Part shown: positions 43,316-52,873 of the stretch, in pieces
How the letters are laid out: each line of letters starts with the position of its first letter
How positions within the stretch are numbered: position 1 is the first letter of the stretch
Assembly: GCA_963837175.1 (NCBI GenBank)
Contig: CAWIMJ010000008.1
Span: 58,946 to 122,945 of the forward strand
Reading direction: 5' to 3'
Origin: an uncultured Nitrososphaeraceae archaeon
GTDB lineage: Archaea > Thermoproteota > Nitrososphaeria > Nitrososphaerales > Nitrososphaeraceae
Length of the DNA stretch: 64,000 nt
Notes under the pieces: generated by a model
What the model was told of the DNA's origin: nothing
What the model saw: only the letters and a program-made list of their open reading frames with translations
Databases searched by the model: none
Program-made: the position numbers and the translations under genes

Positions 43316-44593
43316 ATGAGCTCATATAATAAAAGAATAGTTATACTTGGAGCAGGCTATGCTGGAATATTTTTAGCCACTAACATTGCTCGATATCTCA
43401 AGGGGAAAGCAGGAGAGGTAATACTTATTGATAGAAATCCATATCATCAATTGCTTCAAGAGATTCATTTAGTAGCTACAGGTTTTAGAACAGCAAATGA
43501 AGTAAAAATACCAATTTTAAGATTAATAGATGGAATGGATATAAAATTCATTCAATCTACTACAAAACAAATAAGACCAGATAAAAATTTAGTTGTTTTA
43601 GAATCAACTGAAATTAAATATGATATTCTTATAATATGTCTGGGTGCTTCTACAAAGTATTTTAAAATTAGAGGAGCTGAAGAAAATAGTTTACCATTAC
43701 GATCTATTTCCGATGCATCGATGATCTATGATAGGATAAGCACACTTATCAAATTAAATAAAAAACAAAATATCGTAATAGTGGGAGGAGGAGCCACAGG
43801 TGTGAGCCTTGCAGGAGCACTATCGGATTTTATAAAGGATAGTAAAAAAACAGATAGCCTTTCTATAACAATTATAGAAGCACTACCAAATATTCTTTCA
43901 GGATGGGATGAACGCTTGGTTAAGAAAGTAAATGAAGTATTACATAAAAAAGGAATAAGAATAATGACTAGATCTCCAGTTACTAAAGTTGAAAATAGTG
44001 GCAGTAGTGTTTATCTTAGTGATGATGATGATGCAACAAAGATTCAATCATCTCTTACTATTTGGACTGCAGGAGTTAAAGGGTATGATATACCAATAGA
44101 TCCCGAAGTTGAAAAAACTAAAGATGGCAAAATAATTGTAAATGAATTCTGTCAGATTGATAGATATCCAAATATTTTTTCGATAGGGGATATAGCTGCA
44201 GTTAAAGATGAGAATGGAAAATTATATCCACCTTTAGCTCAGATTGCAATTAGAGAAGCAAAATATCTTTCAAAACTTATCCCAAAACACTTCATTGATG
44301 GTAGTGACGTAAAGTCTTTGCCAGATGAAAAATTTGAATATATTATCAATGTACAATTAATCTCTTTAGGAAATGATGATTATATTGGATTGTTTAACCA
44401 TTATGTCATAAGCGGCAACCTTGCAAAGTTGGTAGAAGAATTTGCAAGGAGTACATATATAAAATCACTCAAGAGTGGTGGAAGAGATATGGATGCAAGT
44501 TTATATGAAGACAATATATTTTCACAGCTAGTATCTGGAATAACTTTTGCACGTTTTACTTTTATGAAATGGATAGAAAAAAAGACACAATAG
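43316..44593 (+). CDS. Type II NADH dehydrogenase-like FAD-dependent oxidoreductase
   Basis: ILGAGYAG, IVGGGATGV, WTAGV, IFSIGD, PPLAQIA. Confidence 0.9.
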   Translation: MSSYNKRIVILGAGYAGIFLATNIARYLKGKAGEVILIDRNPYHQLLQEIHLVATGFRTANEVKIPILRLIDGMDIKFIQSTTKQIRPDKNLVVLESTEIKYDILIICLGASTKYFKIRGAEENSLPLRSISDASMIYDRISTLIKLNKKQNIVIVGGGATGVSLAGALSDFIKDSKKTDSLSITIIEALPNILSGWDERLVKKVNEVLHKKGIRIMTRSPVTKVENSGSSVYLSDDDDATKIQSSLTIWTAGVKGYDIPIDPEVEKTKDGKIIVNEFCQIDRYPNIFSIGDIAAVKDENGKLYPPLAQIAIREAKYLSKLIPKHFIDGSDVKSLPDEKFEYIINVQLISLGNDDYIGLFNHYVISGNLAKLVEEFARSTYIKSLKSGGRDMDASLYEDNIFSQLVSGITFARFTFMKWIEKKTQ

Positions 44594-44812
44594 GTTAAGA
44601 GGAGGGAGAAATGCATAGAACTTATAGCAGGGCCTACGCAGACAGTCTATGGACAGATAGAAACAATCCAAAGGGTATTGGCGCAGATACTAACTCTTAG
44701 AAGAAGAATATAATACCAACAACAACATTTGGTTCACATAACGGTATGTAGAGAGAAAATTAAAGATCTGCAAAGAAACCTCCAGCTATTTAGCCGCTAG
44801 TTTACATTGCAC

Positions 44813-44854
44813 AAATGGATTACATACACTAGTGTATTGCATCCACCGAACCCG
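44813..44854 (+). repeat. CCACCGAACC-core site, type B'
   Basis: Paralog of 32618-32658. Confidence 0.9.
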
Positions 44855-44927
44855 ACCATTAGTTATCTAATGTTAAATTAAGAACTAGAAGTTGAGCCTT
44901 AAAATCATGTCAAATTTGATTCATACA

Positions 44928-45004
44928 CCCTTGGGCCCAAATCAACCTTGTGGCCTTATTTAGACCCATGTTATGATATAATTTGAAAACAGTTGTCCGT
45001 TATC
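44928..45004 (+). repeat. Copy of integrase leader ending after the first codons
   Basis: CCCTTGGGCCCAAATCAA-CTTGT-GC-TTATTTAG-CCCA...AGTTGTC-GT-ATC matches 28730-28809. Confidence 0.85.
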
Positions 45005-45266
45005 CAATCAATGGGTTTTCCACGGAGTAATGCTATTCAATAACACTCAGGGCGAATCATTATCTTTTCTGAATAATAGGATCGGTCTATACAACAGTAC
45101 ATCTGATGTAAATGATTCAGAGTACATCTGACTATTGGAATAGTCTCTCCATTCTAGCATTTCTACAGTTATCTTATTTATCGTCTCGCATTTCCCACAG
45201 TTGGAAACAAAGTCAGATATATTCCAAGTGAATTATCATACTACTACTTCCTACTACTTTCTACTG

Positions 45267-45776
45267 CTACTTCCAATGCCATTCTCTAAGTACAAAATTT
45301 CCACTCTTTTCTGTCTCACCCTTATATATACCCAGCATATTATTCAAAAAAGATAGTTTCCCAGTAGAATTTGTGCTATATGCTGATGCCCCTTGATAAT
45401 CTGTACTATTTCCTACATCTATCCCAGTATAATTTGCCGTTTCACTACCATCCTTGGTCGTTATTACTCCATCCTTGGTCGTTATTAGTCCTGGCGCTGG
45501 TTCACCTTTAGAAATACTTTCAAACTCTCCTGTGTCTGTTACCTCTATGTTACCATTCATCGTTCCATTGGCAGCAAAAGTGAATTGTGTTCTGTTAGGG
45601 CCAATTTCTTTCTGACTTGTAATCATTCCTTTTTCTACAAAATATGGCTCTCCTAATGTTGCCGTCTGAGCATGTGCAGTATTAAGAAGAATAGTAGTCG
45701 CTTCTGTTCCTCCAATAAGTAATAATATGACTGCAATTCCTGCTGTAATACTGATAGTGAATCTCTTTTTATCCAT
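45267..45776 (-). CDS. Secreted uncharacterised 'GKLSFLNN...WHWK' family protein
   Basis: Signal peptide; homologous to 7404-7824 and 62167-62703; 21-bp tandem duplication at 45448-45489. Confidence 0.8.
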   Translation of the reverse strand: MDKKRFTISITAGIAVILLLIGGTEATTILLNTAHAQTATLGEPYFVEKGMITSQKEIGPNRTQFTFAANGTMNGNIEVTDTGEFESISKGEPAPGLITTKDGVITTKDGSETANYTGIDVGNSTDYQGASAYSTNSTGKLSFLNNMLGIYKGETEKSGNFVLREWHWK

Positions 45777-45834
45777 CTTTGATATTGATTTCGTGAACCG
45801 TAGGAATATAAGGATTTCATCTCAAGGACAAAAA

Positions 45835-45915
45835 GAAAACCTTTACAGCTCAGACGTTCTATACAATATTTAGGAACCTACTTTTAGCACCGATATCGTC
45901 ACTAATTCCTCCGGA
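45835..45915 (+). repeat. Type C' site with degenerate core
   Basis: Paralog of 35551-35634; core reads TTCCTCCGGA instead of TTCCACCGAA. Confidence 0.85.
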
Positions 45916-46245
45916 GTAACAAATATCCGTTATTGGTAGGAATTAAGCATATTATACAAATAGATGCTTTCTGTATTTAACTTCTCCAAATTTATGGATA
46001 GGCAACCATTTCTCTTTATAGAATTAATATTGCATATGATCCCATGATTGGGGTTAAACTCTAATCACCGAAGAATGGCGTCTCTCAAGCCATTTCCTCA
46101 TAATGTTGGACGCCTCATCAGCAGAATATTTTGTAACATTAATAAGATATGTAGTCTGGGTGTTTGACCTATAGTCTAGCTTATATTCTGTATCCATTAC
46201 CACGTGAAGCAAAATATATAGATAATCAAAAAACCTTGATTACTC

Positions 46246-46788
46246 ATGCGAATTTCAACGCAAATGGCAAAAGCAATTAATGATCAAATTTCCTATGAGG
46301 CATCATCTGCAAATGCATACATTGCAATCGGATCGTGGTGTGAGAGAATCGGATATGATGGAAGTGCCGCCTTCTTCTTTGAACAAGCTGCAGAAGAAAA
46401 TGGACATATGCTAAAGCTTATCCATTATCTTAATGGTGTTGGAGCAGAGGCGATAATTCCAGCAATTGAAAAACCGCCAAGTAGTTTCGAATCTCTGGAA
46501 TCTACTTTCCAATTTGGCCTAAAGAGCGAGCAAACTGTAACCAAGGCTATTTATGATCTAGTTGATATGGCTGAAAAAGAAAAAGATCGCTCTACATACT
46601 CATTCTTGCAGTGGTTTGTAAGTGAACAAATAGAAGAGGAAACATTATTTCACACAATTCTCCAAAAGTTTGATTTACTTGGAAAAGACAAGCTGGCAGT
46701 ATATCAAATTGACCAATCTCTGGCCTCAGTGAGATCTCAAGTTATGAACAAGCAGACAAGTCTAAAACAACCTTCTACTAAACAGTAA
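46246..46788 (+). CDS. Non-heme ferritin
   Basis: INDQISYE, QAAEENGH, EQTVT, FLQWFVSEQIEEE ferroxidase residues. Confidence 0.93.
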   Translation: MRISTQMAKAINDQISYEASSANAYIAIGSWCERIGYDGSAAFFFEQAAEENGHMLKLIHYLNGVGAEAIIPAIEKPPSSFESLESTFQFGLKSEQTVTKAIYDLVDMAEKEKDRSTYSFLQWFVSEQIEEETLFHTILQKFDLLGKDKLAVYQIDQSLASVRSQVMNKQTSLKQPSTKQ

Positions 46789-47221
46789 GAATTCTTATCC
46801 TTCATATTTTTGCAGACGCCAGAGAAATTTGATAAACACATTACCGCATTGAGAACTGCTGTAGATAATGATGGTATATTAGATAAGGAAGAGACATCAT
46901 ATAATGACATATTTGATGCATTTAGATTGGCTTTGAAGTTTTACCACTTCGAGGAACGTAGCAGTGAATGACGAGGATCCTTGTCCTATTTCCTCCTCCT
47001 GATAAGCAATATTAGAAATTTGTTTGGTTAATGGAAATGTCCGTTTCCGTGCAGTCATTACGGAGCAGCTAGCGACCAACTTGCTAATGTATGGATAAAT
47101 GCTTTGTCCAAGATTAACCAAATCGGAGAGTCTGAAAAGATTAAACAGGTTTTCGAGTCATTGACAGGTGTCAGGCTTCTTTGATTAGAATGGCTTTATA
47201 TCATACCGCACTGAGACTGTC

Positions 47222-48313
47222 ATGTCATCAACGACACAATTTAGCTCTGAATCACGTGGTCAGTATAAAGCGAAGGCTTACGCTGCTGCGAGTGCGAAAT
47301 CGCCGCTTGCCTCCACCACAATCCCGCGGCGCGATCCGGGCGAACACGACGTTCAGATCGAAATCCTTTTCTGCGGTATCTGCCACTCTGACCTCCACCA
47401 AGTCCGTAACGAGTGGAGCGCGATGCCCACTGTCTATCCATGCGTTCCAGGACATGAGATCATCGGCCGTGTCACCAAGGTCGGCTCCGCGGTCACCAAG
47501 TTCAAGACCGGCGACCTTGCTGCAGTCGGCTGCTTGGTTGACTCAGACAGTAACTGTCGCGAGTGCCAGGCCGGTCTCGAACAGTTCTGCCCGCACATGA
47601 CCCTCACCTATAACTCTCCTGACGTGCACCTTGGAGGCGTCACCTATGGCGGCTATTCCGACAGTATTGTAGTCAAAGAGCACTTTGTTCTACGCGTTCC
47701 TTCCAACCTGAATCTCGCCGGAGCCGCGCCTCTCTTATGCGCCGGAATCACAACATACTCGCCCATGCGACATTGGGGTATCATCAAAGGCAAGAAGGTC
47801 GGTGTGGTAGGTCTCGGCGGGCTGGGTCATATGGCGGTAAAGTTTGCTCATGCGCTTGGAGCCCATGTCGTAGTTTTTACCACTTCGCCTAACAAAAAAG
47901 AAGACGCGCTTCGCCTCGGCGCGGACGACGTGGTTATTTCGCGAAATACCGATCAGATGAGCAAGCACGAAGGCAGCTTCGACTTCATCCTCGACGCGGT
48001 CTCCGCCGAGCACGACATTAACGCATACATACAATTACTCCGCCGCGACGGCAACATCACCCTTGTCGGAGCACCGGACAAACCTCATGCCGTCTCGGCC
48101 TTAAGCCTTCTGTTCAAGCGTCGCAGCCTCTCTGGCTCGCTCATTGGGGGTATTGCCGAAACGCAGGAGATGCTCGACTTTTGCGGCAAACATAACATCA
48201 CTGCCGACGTAGAAGTCATCCCAATCCAGAAGGTGAACGAGGCTTATGAGAGACTGTCCAGTGCGGATGTAAAGTATCGCTTTTCCATTGATATGGCTTC
48301 TCTCAAATCATAG
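47222..48313 (+). CDS. Zn-dependent NAD(P) alcohol dehydrogenase (cinnamyl-ADH/YahK-like)
   Basis: CGICHSD, PGHEIIG, APLLCAGITTYSP, GLGGLGHM, DVKYRF; markedly GC-rich. Confidence 0.95.
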   Translation: MSSTTQFSSESRGQYKAKAYAAASAKSPLASTTIPRRDPGEHDVQIEILFCGICHSDLHQVRNEWSAMPTVYPCVPGHEIIGRVTKVGSAVTKFKTGDLAAVGCLVDSDSNCRECQAGLEQFCPHMTLTYNSPDVHLGGVTYGGYSDSIVVKEHFVLRVPSNLNLAGAAPLLCAGITTYSPMRHWGIIKGKKVGVVGLGGLGHMAVKFAHALGAHVVVFTTSPNKKEDALRLGADDVVISRNTDQMSKHEGSFDFILDAVSAEHDINAYIQLLRRDGNITLVGAPDKPHAVSALSLLFKRRSLSGSLIGGIAETQEMLDFCGKHNITADVEVIPIQKVNEAYERLSSADVKYRFSIDMASLKS

Positions 48314-48421
48314 TAACACGACATGGTGGTTCGCTTCTAGCCTTTTTGTTATATTCAAGATTAGGCCACTTTAAGAAAACCTTAAAAACAATCAGATGCC
48401 AGATATGGAATAAATTTTCTA

Positions 48422-49399
48422 ATGAAAGGGATAAAAGTAGACTACGTGCTTATTGCTAGTATTATTCTCTCATTTATCATCATTACTGCATCGTTCGTCA
48501 ACTTTGCATACAGTCAACCAAGTCAAATGAGCTCAAACAGCAGTAAGGAGGGTAATACAAATGCAAATACACCAAACATACAAGATATTCCAACTAAAAA
48601 AGTTCATGTGGGTGACATAGATATTGCATACAAGACCTTTGGTAAGGGCGATCCTATTTTACTGATAAATGGTTACTCCTTCACCATGGACAGTTGGGAC
48701 TCAACTTTATTAGGAACTCTTGCTTCCAATCATACCCTAATCGTTTTTGATAACCGAGGAATAGGAAATACAACCGCTGGTAGTGAACAAAAAGTCTCGA
48801 TAGGACTATTTGCAAATGATACCGCTGGTTTATTAGAAGCATTAAACATCAAGAAAGCAGATGTGCTGGCATGGTCATTGGGCGGAAGAATTGCTCAGGA
48901 ATTGACACTTAATTACCCTGATAAAGTTGGAAAACTTATTCTCTATGCAATAGGTTGCGGTGGTAAGGGATCTGTACCACAAAGTCAGGAAGTTCGTAAC
49001 GAGTTTGTTAATGGAACGGGAACTGCAGAAGACAGAATAGCAAGACTTGTACCATTATTCTTCCCCCAAGAATGGCGCAATGAAAATCCGAATTATCTTG
49101 AAAATATTCCAAAAACTACAGAGACAATTCTTAATCAAACACTTAACAAGCAGATAGAAGCGGCAGCCAATGCTCCAGGTACTTGCGATAGACTAAAAAA
49201 CATAACTCAACCTACACTAGTCATAGTAGGAACTGACGATGCGGCTACTCCGGCAACAAATTCCCTAAGAATGGCAGAACTTATTCCTGGATCTTGGTTT
49301 GTTCAGATTAAAGGAGGAGGACATGGATTGATGTATCAATATCCAGAACAATTCAGCAATATAGTAAAAACCTTCCTAGAAAATACCAATACGCAATAA
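48422..49399 (+). CDS. Secreted alpha/beta hydrolase
   Basis: Signal peptide; FDNRGIG, AWSLGG nucleophile elbow, GTDD, GGHG. Confidence 0.9.
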   Translation: MKGIKVDYVLIASIILSFIIITASFVNFAYSQPSQMSSNSSKEGNTNANTPNIQDIPTKKVHVGDIDIAYKTFGKGDPILLINGYSFTMDSWDSTLLGTLASNHTLIVFDNRGIGNTTAGSEQKVSIGLFANDTAGLLEALNIKKADVLAWSLGGRIAQELTLNYPDKVGKLILYAIGCGGKGSVPQSQEVRNEFVNGTGTAEDRIARLVPLFFPQEWRNENPNYLENIPKTTETILNQTLNKQIEAAANAPGTCDRLKNITQPTLVIVGTDDAATPATNSLRMAELIPGSWFVQIKGGGHGLMYQYPEQFSNIVKTFLENTNTQ

Positions 49400-49726
49400 T
49401 TGTGGTTAACATTTCCTGGAGATTCTTTTGTTCTTGCGTCTCTACTGCATAGCTTTGCTCAGGTATATCATATGCGCCAAAGAAAAGTAGTGAGTGACAA
49501 CGAATGGACTAGATGGCTTCGTATGATGAGGAACTGTTTTGAGCAGGGTAAGATAAGGGTATCCTTTCACATATGTTTCTGCAAACCAATGGAGAATTAT
49601 CATGTGATAATGAAGATGTCATTAAAAGTAATGAATCTACAAAAGGAGTGGGAGTGTAATTTATACAATGAATATAGCTGATTGATTAGTCGCATACATG
49701 ACAGAATCCGCAGCCATGGCTTCAGT

Positions 49727-49747
49727 GTTCAAATCCCACTCTCCGCG
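49727..49747 (+). other. tRNA 3'-end-like fragment (possible att core)
   Basis: GTTCAAATCCCACTCTCCGCG resembles T-loop, 3' T-stem and acceptor strand; no 5' half upstream. Confidence 0.5.
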
Positions 49748-49977
49748 CTTTATGATACCTACCATAGCCGATGTTCAGCTTGGGATGACTTAATTTCTGA
49801 TAATTAGGAGATGTCCTCGACTTGCTACCGTGGATTCAAACCCCATTGCTTGTATTCTATATAATAGTAGAACGTCATATAGGCTACGATCAAGCTTGGC
49901 TCTCAAAATGAAGTCAAAATTGTTTCACATACTACTGGCCCGAACCTAACTATCTATGTACCTTTTTAGAAGCTTTG

Positions 49978-50180
49978 ATAACCTTCACTTCTAGCCTTTC
50001 ACCAATTGTATGCATTAATTTTTCCATCTGTCATTTTTTCTTTCATTGCTTGAATTTCTTGATCTTTCTCAGATAACTTGGCCTCAATGCTCTTACCAAC
50101 TGAATCAAGAGTAGCATAATCTAAGAATGTTAAATACTTCATACATTTGGTAGCATAGATTTCTCTTCTTTCGGATTTCC
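49978..50180 (-). pseudogene. Probable integrase C-terminal remnant
   Basis: EIYATKCMKYLTFLDYATLDSVGKSIEAKLSEKDQEIQAMKEK resembles tails of thaumarchaeal integrases (from recall, not searched). Confidence 0.55.
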
Positions 50181-50227
50181 TTATCGTATAGTATGGAGCG
50201 GATAATAAGTATTTCCATTTGCAGATA

Positions 50228-50247
50228 GGCTCTGTTCATTTAACAAT
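50228..50247 (+). mobile_element. Orphan IS6-like terminal repeat
   Basis: GGCTCTGTTCATTTAACAAT versus GGCTCTGTTCACTTAACGAT at 31928. Confidence 0.7.
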
Positions 50248-50680
50248 GTAGATTAATTATTTTATTATGTATGTCAATAAACATATTAAACCAATTCAGG
50301 ATGTGCTCTAGTTTACAATTAGTTTTCTTTCTACAGGGAAAATAATCATCAAAGCTTTCAGTTCTATCTTTAACGAACTGTATGGTTCATTCAATGATAC
50401 TTTTCCTATATGGCGTATGAAAATGTTGATCTAATTTTAAGAAGTTGCAGGCTTGTGGATAGATACTATGCACCTTGTAACCTTGTTTGGGAACAAGGAG
50501 CTCAATATCTTAATAATGTTGAGGTACGAAACATGTCTGCAGATAAATCGCCCTCGGGGTTCTGAGCTAAAATATACAACATATTATAACACGACGTTTG
50601 AATATTTAATGAATTCTTTTCTCCAAAAAATAATACAAAACTTATATCTTTCATGATAGTGACTATGGATATACATAGAT

Positions 50681-51346
50681 ATGTCAGATTCATTAAATCC
50701 GCGTGATCTGGGAGTTATTGTTAGAAACACACAGCCAGAGGACATTTCTAAAATAGTCAATTTGCAGATCGAATCATATCCGTATCTTTCTCCTTATGGA
50801 AATATATGGCGTTCAGAAGAGCTTGAAAGTCATCTTCGCATTTTTCCGCAAGGACAATTTGTTGCTGTTGAACCAGATGATACTATAGTCGGTTCTGCCA
50901 GTACTCTTATGGTGTCACTTAATCCTGAATATGCAGAACATACGTGGAAAGACATTACTGCAGACGGTTTATTTATAACTCATATTCCAAGCGGAGACAG
51001 TCTGTATTTAGCAGATATATCTACCCATCCAAAACACAGACATGAAGGTATCGGAGGCATGATTATTCACAGATGGAAGGAATTAGTTACGAAGTTAAAT
51101 CTAAGGAGGATGATAGGAGGAGGAAGGTTATTTAACTACTGTGATCATGCAGTCAAGATGTCTCCATATGAATACGTTGGGAAAGTGATGAAAGGGGAAT
51201 TAAAAGATCCTGTTCTCACATTCGAATTGAATATTGGGTTTAGATTTGTCAAAATACTCACAAATTACCTGGATGATGTCCGTTCTCTTAATTACGCTGG
51301 TTTTATAGAATGGTTAAATCCAAATGCGCTCAAAGTCTCTAGCTAG
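50681..51346 (+). CDS. GNAT family N-acetyltransferase
   Basis: LESHLRIFPQGQFVA, THPKHRHEGIG, GGGRL, LKDPVLTF, EWLNP. Confidence 0.88.
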   Translation: MSDSLNPRDLGVIVRNTQPEDISKIVNLQIESYPYLSPYGNIWRSEELESHLRIFPQGQFVAVEPDDTIVGSASTLMVSLNPEYAEHTWKDITADGLFITHIPSGDSLYLADISTHPKHRHEGIGGMIIHRWKELVTKLNLRRMIGGGRLFNYCDHAVKMSPYEYVGKVMKGELKDPVLTFELNIGFRFVKILTNYLDDVRSLNYAGFIEWLNPNALKVSS

Positions 51347-51430
51347 CGGTTTATGGATTAAAATTGACGATATTTTAGGTCCCATACTCAATCGTTTTAT
51401 GAAGAATACAAATCAGGTAGTCGTTGGTCT

Positions 51431-51445
51431 GGGTTCGGTGGATTC
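51431..51445 (-). repeat. CCACCGAACC-core site, inverted copy (type D)
   Basis: GGGTTCGGTGGATTC is the reverse complement of GAATCCACCGAACCC. Confidence 0.8.
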
Positions 51446-51516
51446 GCTATCCTAGCACTCCTAATTTAGAACTCTTATTTCCTAGCTATAGTCAGGCCAT
51501 AAAGCATATTTCTGCA

Positions 51517-52465
51517 TCAGCCAATTGCATAGAATATTCGCCAAATTATAAACCCTGTTACTACTATCAATACAATACCAATAATCAGTTTCAAACTTCC
51601 TTCACTGAATCTATTGGTATATTTCGCTCCCATGTATCCTCCAAGCATTGCAGCAGGACCCATTGTGATCATCATCAGAAAGTCAACATTTCCGTTAATT
51701 AGATGTCCAACCAAACTAGATGCACCAGTTAAAGATGATACTGCTAAATTTGTTCCAATTGCTACTTTGGTTTCCATTTTTAAGACAGAAATCATTGCAG
51801 GCAAACGTATACTTCCAATGATTAAGCCTACAAGTCCTCCAACGAATCCTATTCCAAATCCTATGAACGATTCAGTAAAAATAAATTGCTTGTTATAGAC
51901 TCCTGAAATATTTGAAGAATTAGAAGGACTAGAACGAAGAGCACTACTAGGATCATGAATCAGATCCAAATTGTTGTTATCTTCTTTGTTGTTATTGCTT
52001 CTTCTCATCTCTTCGTCCTTTTTCTTTCTTGAACTCTTAATTAATACAAATGCTTCATACAAGACTATTATTGCTATAATACCAAGTAATAGAGTAACAG
52101 GAATGTATTTTGTGAAGACGGAACCAAAGAAACCGCCAGTAGAACCTGTGGCAGCCATAATTAAAAACGTTTGAAGAGAGATGTTTTTTTGTCGAAAATG
52201 TCTAATAGCAAGCAGCAGCCGCTCCAAAAGTGCTTACTCCAATATTAGTCCCGGCAGCAACACTTACTGAAGAAGAAGAAGGAGAGGAAGGAGAGAATGA
52301 AGATTCAACTCCTAAAATGATAAATGCAAGTCGCAATACTCCAAGGACAAGTCCAACCATTCCGCCTACAAATCCAACTACAAAACCCAATAAAACAAGA
52401 ATGATAGCAATAACTAAATCAATATTAATGGTCTGGAGAAGCTTATTCCCTAATAAAAGTTGCAC
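51517..52465 (-). pseudogene. TauE/SafE (sulfite exporter) family membrane protein, single frameshift
   Basis: GFVGGMVGLVLGVLR..AAGTN and GFVGGLVGLIIGSIRLP..AIGTN; +1 frameshift near 52210 splits it into two ORFs. Confidence 0.85.
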
Positions 52466-52570
52466 GTTTACTTATACTATGATTTTGGAACATGTAAATT
52501 CAAACGCGTTACCATATCTTATAATCGAAAGTGTGATGAAAATGAGATTATTCTGACTGTTGCTGTGAAT

Positions 52571-52819
52571 CTATTTCTTAGTTGATTTGTTGTATATTCT
52601 CTTCAATAATTTATTACTAGGGTCTAATTCAAAAGCACTGTCAAAATAATATTTTGCTCCCGTATGGTTCCCAAGACCGTATAATGATTGTCCTTTGAAG
52701 ATTAATGCGTCAATATGTTTCGAATCCATCTCAAGTACTTTGTTCAAATAAAAAATGGCTTGTGTATCTTTTACGACAAATATTATCTTCTTCAGGATAA
52801 GACCAATAATGAGGAACAT
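52571..52819 (-). pseudogene. TPR-repeat fragment
   Basis: AIFYLNKVLEMDSKHIDALIFKGQSLYGLG...YFDSAFELDP. Confidence 0.65.
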
Positions 52820-52873
52820 AAAAGGAACGTATTGGACAGATTAAAGTATAAAGTAAACTAGGCTTGTTCTTCT

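Noticed and set aside
27926-45915. A-B-C / A'-B'-C' as a simple 11-12 kb tandem duplication
   Set aside because: Genes between corresponding sites are mostly unrelated; only the short sites and some element remnants recur.
47181-48034. Overlapping ORFs 47181-47600, 47241-47441, 47252-47455, 47735-48034
   Set aside because: Shadow frames of the GC-rich ADH gene.
27926-51445. Core sites as classical integron attC sites (ACCGAAC resembles RYYYAAC)
   Set aside because: The AAC box lies at the 3' end of the palindrome, opposite to attC geometry. There is no matching GTTRRRY box, and adjacent genes are in mixed orientations.
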